DNA of 63,998 bases, filler included, from Folioceros fuciformis (GCA_049999805.1; 11 parts of 11 records of this genome joined end to end with filler, not necessarily neighbours in it); one strand, 5' to 3'. Positions 25,691 to 39,220 are shown, numbered from the whole stretch's first letter. Made by a program: numbers and translations. Notes: generated by a model not told the origin, from the sequence alone.

Positions 25691-27088
25691 GAATGAAGAT
25701 TTTGTTGAAAGAACAAAATGAAAAGTTCCATTTATCTTCAGCAAATTCTCCAAGAGAACATAACAACAAAAGCATCCAACCCAAAAGAGTACTAGCCCTT
25801 GGGGCTTTTATGTATAAAGGTATCAATCGCACATGAAATATCATGTAATCTAGAAGCTATCACCTGAAATATCATATAATCTAGAGATGGAAGTACGAAC
25901 CTACATTGGATATCATATAATCTAGAGATGTAAGTACGTACCTACAACTGGAAGCTGGTTAAAATAAAGCACAACCTTATAGGTATAAGTTAAATAAAAG
26001 GGATTTATAAAATAATAAAGATTAAGAATCAAATATAATAAAATCTCTATATACATATGATGGATGATGTACTAATATATATATAGTGAAGCATCCCAGG
26101 ACTTTGGAGGTAGTGATAGTGGGTTTGTAATCATATACCATATATAGGATACTGACATATATATAGGTGTAGATTTTGGAAAGCCGGGTTTTGGTGCAGA
26201 TGGCATTGAATGGGCGCTGTGGAGGGGTCCCTGTCCCCCTGCCCCACACGGCCTTTTATAGGCGGTGTGGGCCTCCTCCGCCTGTCCAATTCTGTCCAGA
26301 CTGTGAGTGAAAAAGCCGCGAATGTAGGTATGTAAATTGACCCCGTCTCCCGCAGGCAGGGGCGGGGAATAACGGGACCACAAGAGGAGCGTCCCGGGTC
26401 GGCTCATTTCCGTGTACTCGCTCCCGGACTGGAATTTAGGAAGGCTCCCGGCAGGCGCATGGAAGCGGCGGTAGGCTCGCCCGGCATTTGCAGGGGCAGG
26501 GACAACGGGACAAGTAGCAGCCGCTTGAGGCAGCTCCACTCGGGCAGGCATTGGCGGGAACGCGACCGACACCGCCTTGCCCTTCGACAGATTGCTGTCT
26601 TCTCCACAGGACGGATGTGCTCTCGTCGTGGCGCCTCTGGCTGGTTGATTCCCGCCCCGTGCCCGGGCCCGGTAGCACAGCAGAAGTGAAACATGCCAGA
26701 TTTGAAATCCGGAACCGCGTCCACCTGATTGATTGGTTGATTGATTGCTTTGTGCTGGAGAGTGTGGGGTGTGTGGAGGGATCTGGATGCTGGTTGGGCT
26801 CGGATTCTGTGTGTAATTGCTGGTGTTTGTGNNNNNNNNNNNNNNNNNNNNNNNNNNNNNNNNNNNNNNNNNNNNTTAATTAATTAANNNNNNNNNNNNN
26901 NNNNNNNNNNNNNNNNNNNNNNNNNNNNNNNATGCACCACGAACCCGAGGCGGCTCTTGCGATCAAGAGGAGCAGATTGCGTCCCTCAAAGATCTCGTGC
27001 GTGAGCTCGCCATGATAATCTTGAATCGAGACCAGAAGCGTCACACCTGCTGTATTTTACAGAAGAATAACACTGCCAGTCAGAATGC

Positions 27089-30000
27089 ATGAGTTCTGGA
27101 TCGAGTCGGAGTGGAAGCGCATTTGACGAGCTCATAGGATACGGCCTCGAATCGCGGTTTCTAGATGCATTAGCAGAGACGTTTAGTATACAAACGCCAG
27201 TCAGCAACATGGATGGGCCTGATCCAGATGCGGCTGCCGAACTTCAAAGAAGAAGGGAGGAGCAGGCAAAGAAGGATGCAGAGCGCCATCGCATGATCGC
27301 TGAAGCAGCAGCAAACACATTGAAACGTGAGAAGGAGTCATTTGAAGCAAAGAAAAACACACCTTTCAAGTTCGAGTTCAAAGAGAAGGATCGTCTCACG
27401 AACGGCGCCAACTATGACGTGTGGGCCATTCGGATGAGAGGTCTCCTCAAGGAAGCTGGACTTTGGTCATACGTTACGGGAAAGATCGAGCGCCCGTCCT
27501 CTCACAGATCATCATTTTATGATACGGACAATACCGAAGAAGTTGCCCCTACAATAGCTGAATGGGATCTCATGGACCAGCGAGCCCAATCAGCTATAAG
27601 AACAAGGCTGGCTGAGGCCATGGTGATTAGTACCTCAGCTGCGGAGACGTCACGAGAAATTTGGGACACCTTGCGACTCGTCTACCATTCTCATGACATG
27701 ATGAGTAGAATGCAAGCAAGTTCTAAGTTTTATGCTCTCCGCATGAATGAATCTGAGCCAGTTGACCAGTTTGTGGCCCAGTTCAGGCTGTTACGTTTGA
27801 AGCTAGCACAAGCAGGGACAACACTTACTGAGGAAGATGCATGTATGCGTTTCCTTGCGGCCTTGCCTCCCTCGTATGCCAGCTTCGTCACATCTCAGAA
27901 CGTGGTGCTTCGCCTTGCGCATCAAATGGCCGAGGCCACGGGGCAATCTGTTGGAGACATACATGTGCTGAATTTAAACGAGTTGATAGGCGCCTTGATG
28001 CAAGAGGAGGCCAGTCGTTCTGTGCATAAAACACATGGACGAAGTCAGGTTCTCTACACATCAGGACCGCAAAACAAGTCGAACAAATTTAAGCAAGGTG
28101 GAAGACCAGACCTAAAGGGTAAACGAGTTTCCAATCCTAACTCTACCACACAGAAAAGGCAGGGTAATTGCCGCTGGTGCGGCCTCCCAAACCATTGGGA
28201 AAGGGACTGCAGGAAGAAAAAGGCCGGGGAGCCTCGTAAAGTCCCTGCACCAGAAGCCAACGTAGCACAGAAGAGGGACAAGCCCTCACCTTCAGTACTG
28301 TGGTCACAAGCTCTCTCGCACGATGAAAAAGAGCTTGAAGATGAAAATCGAGAAAGCTGTAAGGCAAAAGTGTTGACTGTTTGTTTCTTGACATCTGGGG
28401 CAGCAACATCCACCTGGTACATAGACTCAGGAGCTTCTGCTCATGTCTGCAAAGATAGGGAAGAATTTCTCACATACCAACCAAGTGCTGACTTCGATCA
28501 CGTAGTGCTCGGTGACAACACACACTTGGACGTGAAGGGCGAAGGACAGGTGAGAATGCGCTTGTCCGATGGTGAATGGCTCATGCTTTCGGGAGTCTTG
28601 CATGTCCCGTCCATGTCCAAAAACTTGTTATCTGTAAGGCAACTAACAAAACAGCCTATCACTATCATTCCAAGACAATGCTTGTGACATTCTGATCAAT
28701 GGAAAAATAAAAGCTCAAGGAAAGCTGTGTGATGACCTGTACACGCTGATGCCGGAGACCGGCATTAGAACAGCTGACACGGCAGTCGCAACTTCCTTGA
28801 TGACGGCTTTTGATAAACCCGGTTTATGGCATGCTCGATTTGGACACCCGAACAAACAAAAGCTACAACGAATGAGCACAGGGAAATATTATCGGGACGC
28901 GTTCAAACATGACTTCAGCCAACTACCATTTTGTGAATTATGTGTTCGAGCAAAGCAAACCAAGGCTCCATACCCAACGGGAGGTGGTCAGAGGGCAAAT
29001 GGCATCCTACACCTTATCCATGCTGATCTGTGTGGACCGGTATCTGTACGGTCGCTAGGAGGCGGCCGATACTTCCTCACCATAGTCGACGATTTTAGTC
29101 GATATGTGTGGGTGCACGTGTTGAGGAAGAAAAGCGAGGTTTTTGCTTTGTTCAAGGAATTTCAAGTGTTGGTAGAACGTCAGTCTGGGCTCAAATTGCG
29201 GGCCCTGCGTACAGACAACGGCGGTGAGTTTGATTCAAATGAGTTCAATACATATTGCCAACAACAAGGCATTCGAAGAGAGTATACCACACCATACAGT
29301 TCCGCTCAAAATGGCGTCGCTGAAAGAATGAATAGAACGCTACAGGAAATCACTCGAGCTCTCATTAAACAAGTAGACTTACCAATGACATATTGGGGTG
29401 AAGTTGTGGCCATGGCGGCATATTTGCACAACCTGTTACCTGGAAAGTCTGTGAGTTCAACTCCATATGAACTCTGGCATGGGAAAAAGCCCAGTATAGG
29501 CCATATACGAATATTTGGGACAGCAGCATATGCGCATCAGAATCACCAACAATTGCCGCATTCCAAATTATCCGATAGGTCACGCAAATACATATTTGTT
29601 GGCTTCACAGATGGCATTAAAGCATACAAGTTGTATGACCCAGCTACTCACCAAGTAGCTTACTCCAGAAGTGTGGTTTTTGATGAACAACCACGAGCAC
29701 ATGACCCAGCTGCCCNNNNNNNNNNNNNNNNNNNNNNNNNNNNNNNNNNNNNNNNNNNNNNNNNNNNNNNNNNNNNNNNNNNNNNNNNNNNNNNNNNNNN
29801 NNNNNNNNNNNNNNNCGACGCTGTGGATGATGATCTGGCCTCAATCGAGTCGAATGGAGAGGAACTTGAGGTTGTAGCGGCTTCATCAGCGCCCAACACT
29901 CAATCCCAGCATTCTGGTCGCACTCTGCGTTCTAGAGAGCATATTAAACCTCCTCAACTGTATAGTCCAAGCAAGTGGCAGAATTCCATGAGCCACACTA

Positions 30001-31247
30001 ATTGGAATACAGGGGATGTTGAGGAAGGAACTAGTCTTGCACAAATTGAAGGTTCCGCTGCGGCATCTGACATTGCACCTAGCATGCACATGCTATTACA
30101 TGAACTCCCGCAACATCCGTTCATGTGCACGGAGCCCTTTACAAAGCAGCAAGTTTTTGCGTTAGCTGCGGCTGTGGACTTTGCACCTGATCCTCGTACA
30201 ATAACTGAGGCACTCAACTCTAAGGAAGCTAAGCAGTGGAAGCAAGCAGCAGATGAGGAGTACGCTTCCCTGATTCAGAATGATACATGGACGTTGGTCC
30301 CATTACCCCCTAGCCGCAATTTGATTTCCAGCAAGTGGGTTTTCAAGAAAAAGTTCACCCAAGATGGTGCAATCACAAGATATAAAGCCCGGCTTGTTGC
30401 GAGAGGGTTCTCTCAGCGTTACGGGGAAGATTACACTGAAACTTTCGCACATGTCGTCAAATTCCCCACATTAAGGTTAGTATTGGCCCTTGCAGCTGCA
30501 GAAAACCTGGAATTAGGCCAAATGGATGTTAAATGTGCCTACCTCAATGGTATCATCACGGAGAACATATATATGTCCCAACCTGAGGGGTACGTGATGA
30601 AGGGGAGGGAGGATCTAGTCTGCAAGTTAAACAAAACCATCTACGGCCTCAAACAGAGTGGCCGCAAATGGTACCAGCGATTAGATGCCTCATTAATCAA
30701 ACTTGGATTTGTGAAATCAGCTGCAGATCAAAATTTATACGTATTGAGGCAGTGCGATTCCTACCTTTTATTGTTGGTGTACGTCGACGATATCATGCTG
30801 GCAACAAATTCAGTTGAGTTGCTCACACAAGTCAAAGCCCAGCTGAGAAATGAGTTTGCGATGTCTGATATGGGGCACCCAGTTTATATGCTCGGGGTAC
30901 ACATCCGGCGAGATAGAGACAAAGGCACGATATCCATCAGCCAGGGTAAGTATATTAACGACATTCTCAAGCGCTTCAGCATGCATGAGGCACATCCATC
31001 GCGGATACCACTGACAGCGGGGGTAAAGCTGGAAAGGCACCAACGTTCGACATGTTAAAATCTGAAGAGAAGGCTCAGGTGGCTGCTATACCGTATAAGC
31101 AAGCCGTCGGGAGTTTGATATATTTATCATGCCTGACCAGGCCAGACTTAGCGTTTCCAGTGCACCTGGTGTCCCAGCACTTGTCTGCATACACAACCGA
31201 TCATTGGCAACAAGTCAAAAAGATTTTTAGGTATATTAAAGGCACCG
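27089..31247 (+). mobile_element. Ty1/copia gag-pol, near-intact (frameshifts near 28670 and 31050)
   Basis: FKEKDRL, CRWCGLPNHWERDC, WYIDSGAS, LWHARFGH, IVDDFSRY/TDNGGEF/QNGVAER (DDE), YKARLVARG and VYVDDI. Confidence 0.97.
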
Positions 31248-31347
31248 NNNNNNNNNNNNNNNNNNNNNNNNNNNNNNNNNNNNNNNNNNNNTTAATTAAT
31301 TAANNNNNNNNNNNNNNNNNNNNNNNNNNNNNNNNNNNNNNNNNNNN

Positions 31348-31620
31348 CAAAAATAGGGAGGTTTAGGGTTTAGCGGACAAAAATAGGGAGGTTTAGGGTT
31401 TAGGGTACAAAAATAAGGAAGTTTAGGGTTTAGCGGACAAAAATAGAGAGGTTGAAGGTTTAGTGACATGATGGAGTAGCATAATGGATTTAGGGCATAG
31501 GGTTTGGTATAGGGCATAGGGTTTGGTAGAGTGGAGGCAGAATAGATTGAGGGTGAGGGTTTGGTAGAATGGAGTGGGGTTGAGGGTTTGGTAGAATGGA
31601 ATGGGTTTAGGGTGTAGTGA
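31348..31620 (+). repeat. 30-bp tandem repeat containing TTTAGGG units, followed by degenerate AGGGTTT(G) repeats
   Basis: CAAAAATAGGGAGGTTTAGGGTTTAGCGGA repeated about 4 times at the scaffold start. Confidence 0.8.
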
Positions 31621-31989
31621 TATAGTATTTATTTATTTATTTATCATTAGGCGTATGCAACCGTGAGGCTATGATGTCGTAACATGAATCAAAAACATGA
31701 TTGAATGGACACTTTGGGAAAGCGCAAAAGAAGAGGATTAGAGCAAACAAAATAGCAAATCTAGATAGCTATGTCAATAAGCCTAAGTTAAGTAATCGCT
31801 CATCGCCTTGAATAAGAGAGAAGTTTTTCCTTGAGTTTGGGAATACTAAGAAGTTGGGTTTAGGGTTGGCGGATATCGTAGGAAGAGCCTTGAAACATCT
31901 GGATCCAAGTGTTGTGAGTGGCCATACACTGGCCAAGGATGTAGTGACAAGTTTCTTCTGAAAACTTGCATTTTCGACAAAAAGGATCC

Positions 31990-33180
31990 TCTGCAATGTT
32001 GAATCTCCTATGGCGACCAAGCTCTTGGGAGCATCTTAGGTTCAGGCACCTTCGAGTGTGCTATCGGTGATTTGTCTCGGAAGCAGGCTTCTTTGCCAAT
32101 CACCTTTGGAGGGGTTGGTCTTTTGGCCATGGAGGCCTCTGCCCTAGCTGCCTTTCTCGGCAGCTGGGCCCTCTCAGCTCCAATTTTGGCCTCTCGTTTT
32201 TTGCTACAAGATTCCCCTGTTCTTGAAAGTTTTATTTTAGGTGTTGAGGAGGGCGCTTTCCCTTTACAGGCATCTCTTAGGCAAGCGAGGGATTCTCTAC
32301 CTTTGGAGGCTCGTGAGGCTCTACCTCCTTTCACCTCCTTTTCCAGGGAAGGGTTGAAGGGTCTCCAAGCCTCCCTCCTAGAAAAGCAATATGGCCAAGC
32401 ACTAAGAGCCCTTCTTTCAGACTTATCCATCCCTAGGTCTTCTCGAGCTCCTATTCGATCTTGTTCAGGTAAAGGAGTGGGCTCTTGGCTTTAAGCTCGA
32501 TCTTGCATCCAGGCGTTTCGAATCGCACCAGCAACTTTCACCACCGCGATGAGATTTTGCGTAGGTTTGGGCCACCCCTTGGCTTTTTCTCTCTCTACAT
32601 GCAGTTGTGGGGTTGCCATTGTCGATACAGGGTCCCATTTGGCACGTTGTCCCGTTGGGGGGCACCGCATTGCCACTCATGATGCAGTTCGAGATGTCAT
32701 TTTCTTAATGGCTAGGGAGTGTGGGTTTCTTTCGTATAGGGAGCGTCCATATACTTTGCGCAATGGGGTTTCACTTAGAGCCGACCTTTTCTTCACTAAG
32801 GGAGAATAGGTTTGTGTTGCTGATGTGGTTGTTATGGATCCCATTAGAGATTCGATTTGTGAGCACGTCATCATCAACCCCCCTGGTTGGGCAGCAGAGG
32901 GTTGTGCAAGTGCCTAAGTCCATAAGTATTCTCCCTTGCAAGACGAGCATACTTTCATCCCCTTGCTCCTGAGACTCATGGAGCTGTAGGCAAGGACTTT
33001 TCAAGGTTTATCAAGGAGTACACCAAGGTTTATCAGAGTAATAGGAATGGTGTTCTCCCTCTTTCCTCTGTGGTGGCCTTCTTTCGACAACGTGTATCCA
33101 TTGCTTTGCAACGAGCATTGGCCAATGCAGTTTTTAGAACAGCAACAAGTGCAGGTCAAGTGGCTTCTTCGGCACTAGTG
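31990..33180 (+). mobile_element. Restriction-like-endonuclease (CRE-clade-like) non-LTR retrotransposon remnant, copy B (post-RT region, zinc motif, endonuclease)
   Basis: QASLP..GGVG...AAFLGS, G.GSWL, C.CG......HL.RC..GG.RIATHDAVRD, RADL...ADV.V.DP, K..KY, FIP-ETHG-G and RVSIALQRA. Confidence 0.75.
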
Positions 33181-34819
33181 GTAGGTAGGCCTTTTGTTAT
33201 TCCACATCATGACATTTTGGGAGCAGTAGGTAGTTTTTGAAAATGATATTCGCAGGGGAGCGTACCTCTTTGTGCCTTTGGGCCTAATGGGGTTGTTCCT
33301 CCAATCTTTGGAATAGATGGGACTTTCTATCTCTTTTTCAATCATAGAAAATACTTCCTGCAAGACATCCGCATGTTCACACACAAACCATGGCCATCCT
33401 TGCCAAGGGCCACAGCCATCCTTGCTAAGGGTTTACATGCATCACGGACATCAGGTTTACATTCATCGCAGGGACATTAGCTTTACATGCATCGCAAGGT
33501 GATAGCTACGAGAAGCGACATCAGGAAGGAGGAGGAGGAGGAGCCTTGCCTGCATGACAAGCCTACCACCCTCGGCCTCCTTCCCTCTAGCCCGCAGGGT
33601 TTGAAGGTATGGGAGCTCAGGAGCTCGCTTTGTCTTCATGCTGTGCATGAAATGGGTTGCAAGGTTCATGCCCACAAGCATTGGGACATTAGGCACTTTA
33701 TGTTCAGGATGTTTGCAAACTGAATGAAAACGTTGACAGATGATCGTCCCTCACAACTAGGGACCCACAACTCTACAACTAGGGAACACATGTTCGCTAC
33801 CATCACTCGGCAACTGGACTCACAAATTTTGGGCTTGTGTGAGCTAGCAGCCTATGACACCTTCACACCAATTCAGTAAAACCTTTGCTTGTGTCTCCAC
33901 ATAGACATCTTGAGGATGCGCAACTTCCACCTAATTGCATAGAACAGGAGAAATTTGCAAGGAAGGGAATATGCATGAAGGGTGGAAAATGGACGATATT
34001 CTTGTATTGAGGTCGACAATGATATCAACTGGGGCTTTTTTAAACCTTTGACGTAAATGAACGTTGGGAAACAAGGTCAATGTGCTAGCCAATCCTACCA
34101 TTCTCATAACCCAGTGCCTACATGCATGGTCCGTGATTTGTAAGAAACACATCCGTCTCNNNNNNNNNNTTTTGAGCCCATGAGCCAGACCTTGCAAGCC
34201 AATCCTTCCTTTCTATTCGTCTAGGTTTGAGTAAGAGTGTGTGCTTAGAGCCATGTTATAATTACCTCTAATGTCCCATTGTCCCTTCACAATATCTTCT
34301 TCACTAAGGGGGAACGATGGTGAAGCCCAACATCAGCATTGGGGATATGTGTCACATGTTGAAGGGAAAGGTTTCTGAAAGTGCTCATAAGGTTATGTTG
34401 TACTAGGTCACAGATAGACACGCTTAACACTAACAGTCTTTAGGCTCGAGACATATAGTGGGCACCAGCCGGCCGGCATCCATTGCCTTTATCGTCTGAT
34501 CATACTGCTTGTGTCAATATGTACATTTTCCCATCATGTATTGGTAGATGGTAACAATGGTCGGCTATACTACATATAGCGACTACCTCGTTATGTAGGT
34601 AGGTTTATCTTTTCCACATGGCGAGTGTTGCCTACTATGGATGCTTTCTTTCACAATGGATTACAGCAAAGTGGATGAAAACATGAAAATCCCAACCCTT
34701 TTTTAAGGGTTCACAAGGACAGGACAATTGGTGTTTACTCCTGCCTATGACCTAATTTCCTAATTACAGCTTGCAAGCATCATGGATGGCTGCATCTAGA
34801 ACATTGTACATCGTCTATC

Positions 34820-36300
34820 TAAAAATCAGCATCATTGTTATCTTCACTGTCATCGCAACCCATCTCACTTGGTGGCTCGATAAACCCACATAGTGCACTT
34901 AGGTTGTCTTTAATGGCCTTCTTGTTCGCTTCATATAAGTGCTTCTATGTTGTTAGGCTGAAACCATAGTACAAGATAACCATATCATTCAAATATATTT
35001 TTTGTACATTTTTAGGGAAACAAATTTCCGCCCATGCGGCTTGCTTGGAATGCCCTCCCCCATCAGGCACCCTCCCTCACACGATGTATTCCTTGACACA
35101 CTTCCCATCGAATGCATCAATATGCTCTGTCCTATACCAATGCACTAACAAAGATGGCCTCTTAGCCTTCATCCTCACAAGAACCCTTGCAATCCAAAAT
35201 GGTCTGTTATGTGTGTATGTGAAGCAAGGTGTTGCAATATACCTGTCCTTTTGTATTTTCGAAACATCCCTATTCAAACTTTTCATTTCTTCTCTTTGTC
35301 TTTGGTGGCTTTGGTATCCTCCAAGGTACATATCGTAATGAGGTAGGTCACGTAATAAAGCCTCATCTAGCAAACTTATGTCCGGCATAACAATGGGCTC
35401 TGCTGATGCTTCCACTGCCACCCAGGAGTACCATCTTCAGGGCGCTTGAAGCATGATACCGATCTGGTTCTCGACAATGAGTGCAATCTCTTCCTGGTCC
35501 TTCCAATTTTGCGATGTGGATTGCACATCGAATGATCGATCACATCGTGAACGAAAGTGCAGTGCCCAAGGAAGCAAGAATGCAAAATAGCGGTTACATT
35601 TTGGCGTGCGCCTTGCGCGCTATATATGTCAGACATGAGAGACAGTTATAGCAGTTATTATACCCCACTTAATATGTTACTGGGTGCCCTAATACGAGTT
35701 GCCCTAAGTATTTAAATATACTTTCAACATCCAAAAGCTCTCCCACCACTCATTGTCTTTAGTTGTTATGTAAAGCGTCAACCCCACAAGCCCTGCCTTC
35801 ATATGTGCTAAACCTTGGGTGGGGGACAAGCCACCGTCCAACCCTTTTTTATCGCGCACACGCAATGCCAGTAGTGGAGCTTATCCAATTTCAGCCACTA
35901 GTACATGTCTCAAAAACTCCAAACCTCGTTGCGGCTCCCAAAGGCTAGAAGTTGAATATTGCTTGCTACGAGTGATGGTAGTAAACTCTTTATCTGTTAT
36001 ATTCTCTCGTGTTATCTTGAACCGGAGATAGAATGAAAAATTATTCAACTTCCTTACCACTGCAACATACATTTGTCTCTCATCACCTCTACGGACTCGC
36101 CAAACAAAAGACTTGAAATCAGGTACCCTAAACCCTAAACCCTAGACTTCTGTTAGCACTATCACTTGGGGAGAAGAGTGTATGCCATGACCAATATCTC
36201 TGTCAAGGCAACTAACGTATGCGCCTCTTTTTGCCATTAGCTCTTTGAAAAACCAAGAAAATATTTGGTCAATCTGGTCATGCATGTCATCTCCCATCAC
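34820..36300 (-). pseudogene. Probable DUF7869-like (Sola-type) transposase relic with a C-terminal BAH-like segment
   Basis: The minus strand gives HDQIDQIFSWF (compare the H-x-D-I-D-Q-x-F-S motif), PDFKSF, KQY....WEP and PFWIARV...LVHWY, with an acidic tail. It is heavily fragmented. Confidence 0.4.
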
Positions 36301-37140
36301 TTCTCTAATGCTTGAGTTCCCTTCCCAAAACTTGCCCGGTGCAACTTATGTCGGGTTGCCTTCACTTTGCCTTGGTTTGAAAATGAATCTCTCAAGTGAG
36401 AGGAGAGCTATGCAAATGTCGTGGTGCTCACGAGAATGATCGTGCATGAGCAATGTAGATGTGGCAAAGCTACACAATTGTTGTGGCGCTAGCAAGAATG
36501 ATTGTGCTTGAGCAATGTAAGTTGTAGGGGCCTTTGTGAAGCCCTATCACACTAGAGCAAACGAGCAAGGCAAATGTAGAGCCATGGTCCGTTTGCTTTC
36601 AAGCCTTGTGATTGGCATGCATCCCAATTTGTGTGAGGTGCGCACGTAGCCTCAAGTGCTAGTACGTGTTGTTTCATAATGCTATTACAACATGTGCAAC
36701 AATTTGGTCCCATGACGGGAAATCCATGATAATAGACTAGATTAAAATGATTGTTGTTGTGGCGTGTTGGATTGAATGATGTTAAGTTGTGATAAAAGGA
36801 TCCATGTGAACGTGTGGTCATACCAAGCTGGGGATTTGGAAGTGAATGAATGACATTGAACAAAATAAAATGGCATCATTTACAAATGAATGGTATCATG
36901 AATGAATCAAATGGCATCCTACATAAATGGATAACATAGCATCCTACATAAATGATGGCATCTATATGAATAAAATAACATCCTACAATGAATGAATAAA
37001 ATAGCATCCCACATAAATGAATGGTAGTAAATAAAATCCAATGGCATTAACGTGCTTAGATGACGAACACATCAATGAAATGCCATTGTTTTCACTTTGA
37101 TCTCGTTGAGCAATTCATATAGGTTCTTCATGATAATAAG

Positions 37141-38005
37141 GTGCGAACATTGACCTGCTCAGTGCTTTCTTCCCTCTCACCTACCACTAGCATGTAGTTG
37201 AATTGGGCTAGTTGCGCTTCGCGCACCTTCTTTATCGATAGACCGATCTGAAATATCCATATCGACATAAAAGCCTGCTTCGTGGATGTGGTTGTGGACT
37301 CTTTTCGCGCACTCCACGAACTTCCCTGATATAGAGCACACAATGACCTGACGAGGGCTGAGCCAAAAAGGCCACTTGCTAGCGTAGTTCTCAAGCAGAA
37401 TTGCAACCATTCGTTCCACAGATCCAAGAATTGCCCTATGGACCATGACGGGCCTTTCCTTTCTAGACTTGTCATCTGTGGAGTAGGTCAAGTTGAATCT
37501 TCGCACACTGAAATTTCCTTTTCAGCGCATCAAGCACTGTGATATCGATCTTGGGCCCATACAATGCACCGTCCCCCTCATTCCTCTCCCATGTCTTGTT
37601 CAAACCGTGGAGGGAATCCGCCAAAGCCTTTTCTGCCCGCTCCCATACCGCAAGCTCTCCAAGGTATTTCTCGGGTCTCATTGACAATTGAAGTTCGAAT
37701 GTGAAGCCAAAAATGTCATAAGCATATTGCAAGAAGTCCAGAACTCCCCACTTCGTCGAGTATATGGGACTCCATGCAGAAGAAGATATGTGCATCGTCT
37801 TGCTGAAACCTCCCAACTCTTGTTAGGCCTGTCAACGCTCCACTCTTCTCGTTGCGATGGAGCACTCCAAAGTTGGCTAGACGCAGTGGCAACTCCCTGT
37901 AAGATCGTACCCTATGATCAAACATGAGGCAATGACCTGGGCAATTCATTGGTTTCAACCCATATTCTTGCTTTTCAACCTCATAAAGAATCATGTTCTC
38001 CTCAC
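37141..38005 (-). pseudogene. ThrRS: Intron-less cytosolic-type threonyl-tRNA synthetase fragment (catalytic and anticodon-binding domains)
   Basis: [83 protein letters not shown] and VNVRT, all collinear with frameshifts and no introns. Confidence 0.92.
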
Positions 38006-39176
38006 AGCTCTCCAGAATCCGACATGACGCATTTGCAGCTGCACCTGGTGGACGAGCAGCGGTTTGCATCTCAATACCTCCAGGTCCCCGACATGGACGC
38101 AGAGCTCTGGAGCCAGCGGCCTGGAGATATCCTGGAGACGGTTGTGAAATCTCTGCCATCGTGGACAGGCCAAGGTTCCGGACAGTGAGCTAAAGGTGGA
38201 GGGAGCTGCTGGGTCCGCCCCGGCAGCGCCCTTGGCGGCCTCCCGTATTCGACATAAGGGAATCGTCATTGTGCGACTTTCGGCCTCGCGTATTCAACAT
38301 GAGGGAATGTCCATTGCGCGGCTTTATCCAGTGCATCAGGGATTGCCGGGACGCGAGCATTTACGTAGATGCGTACCGTTTGTGGCCCTGCTTCGGCGGA
38401 TTTGAGGACGTGGTGAGCTTCCTCCACCAGAGGACCGAATCTCCGAATTTCTCGATTCGGTTGTGAAATCTCGAGGAGCAGGGCGGACAAGTTCGAGGAG
38501 ACTGCCTGCAAGTCACAGGAGTTGGTTGACGAGATGAAGGTATCCGGAGTCTGCTGCCAGAATCCCTTCTCCTCCTCCTCACACTCCGTCCTCTTACAGC
38601 GTGAAGAACGTGAAGGTCTCGGGGAACGTTTTGCTCTTTCTTCTGAGGAAGAACTTGGCATCCAGCGTGCAGGGCAGGCATGTTTCGAGCCGGCGTCAGA
38701 TGCATGTGGTTGCTTCCCATTTGACACTTGCTTCTTGGAGAGTCGTCTTGCACGATGGCTTCTACCACCGGCACATTAAAGTCATGGAGCTTCGGCCGGT
38801 TGCTTTGGCGCTCTGAACATAGATGCGAGACGCGCACAGCCCTCGCGTTGTTCCCTCATTACGAATCTCCAGGAGACCCGTCGACGAGCAATGAAGACTC
38901 AAAGCCCTTAAGCAACGGAAACCTCTGCGCCATTAGGTCTCCCACGGCCGTACTGATTCCTAGTCACTTACCGTTTTAGGGTTCCGGTTTTGAAATTACG
39001 CAGCCTGAACGTTCTCTCTAGGTCCCCATGCAGGGAGCGATCAGGGGGTAATTTCCATGCGTGTTGGCTACTTACAGTCCAGACTTACAGAAAGACAGAA
39101 AGTCTGGACTGTATGTAGGTTGTACCTCCCTTGCCTGGGTTTGGGGGAAGTCGGGCCCGTCAGCCCTTGGTGTCGG

Positions 39177-39220
39177 GTTAGGTAGGTAGGTAGGTAGGTA
39201 GGTAGGTAGGTAGGTAGGTA
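39177..39220. repeat. (GGTA)n microsatellite
   Basis: About 10 perfect units. Confidence 0.9.

Noticed and set aside
26200-26831. GC-rich promoter-like scaffold ends (also 39400-40095)
   Set aside because: Could be gene 5' regions or TE termini, but no assignable ORF, TIR or shared alignment could be established.
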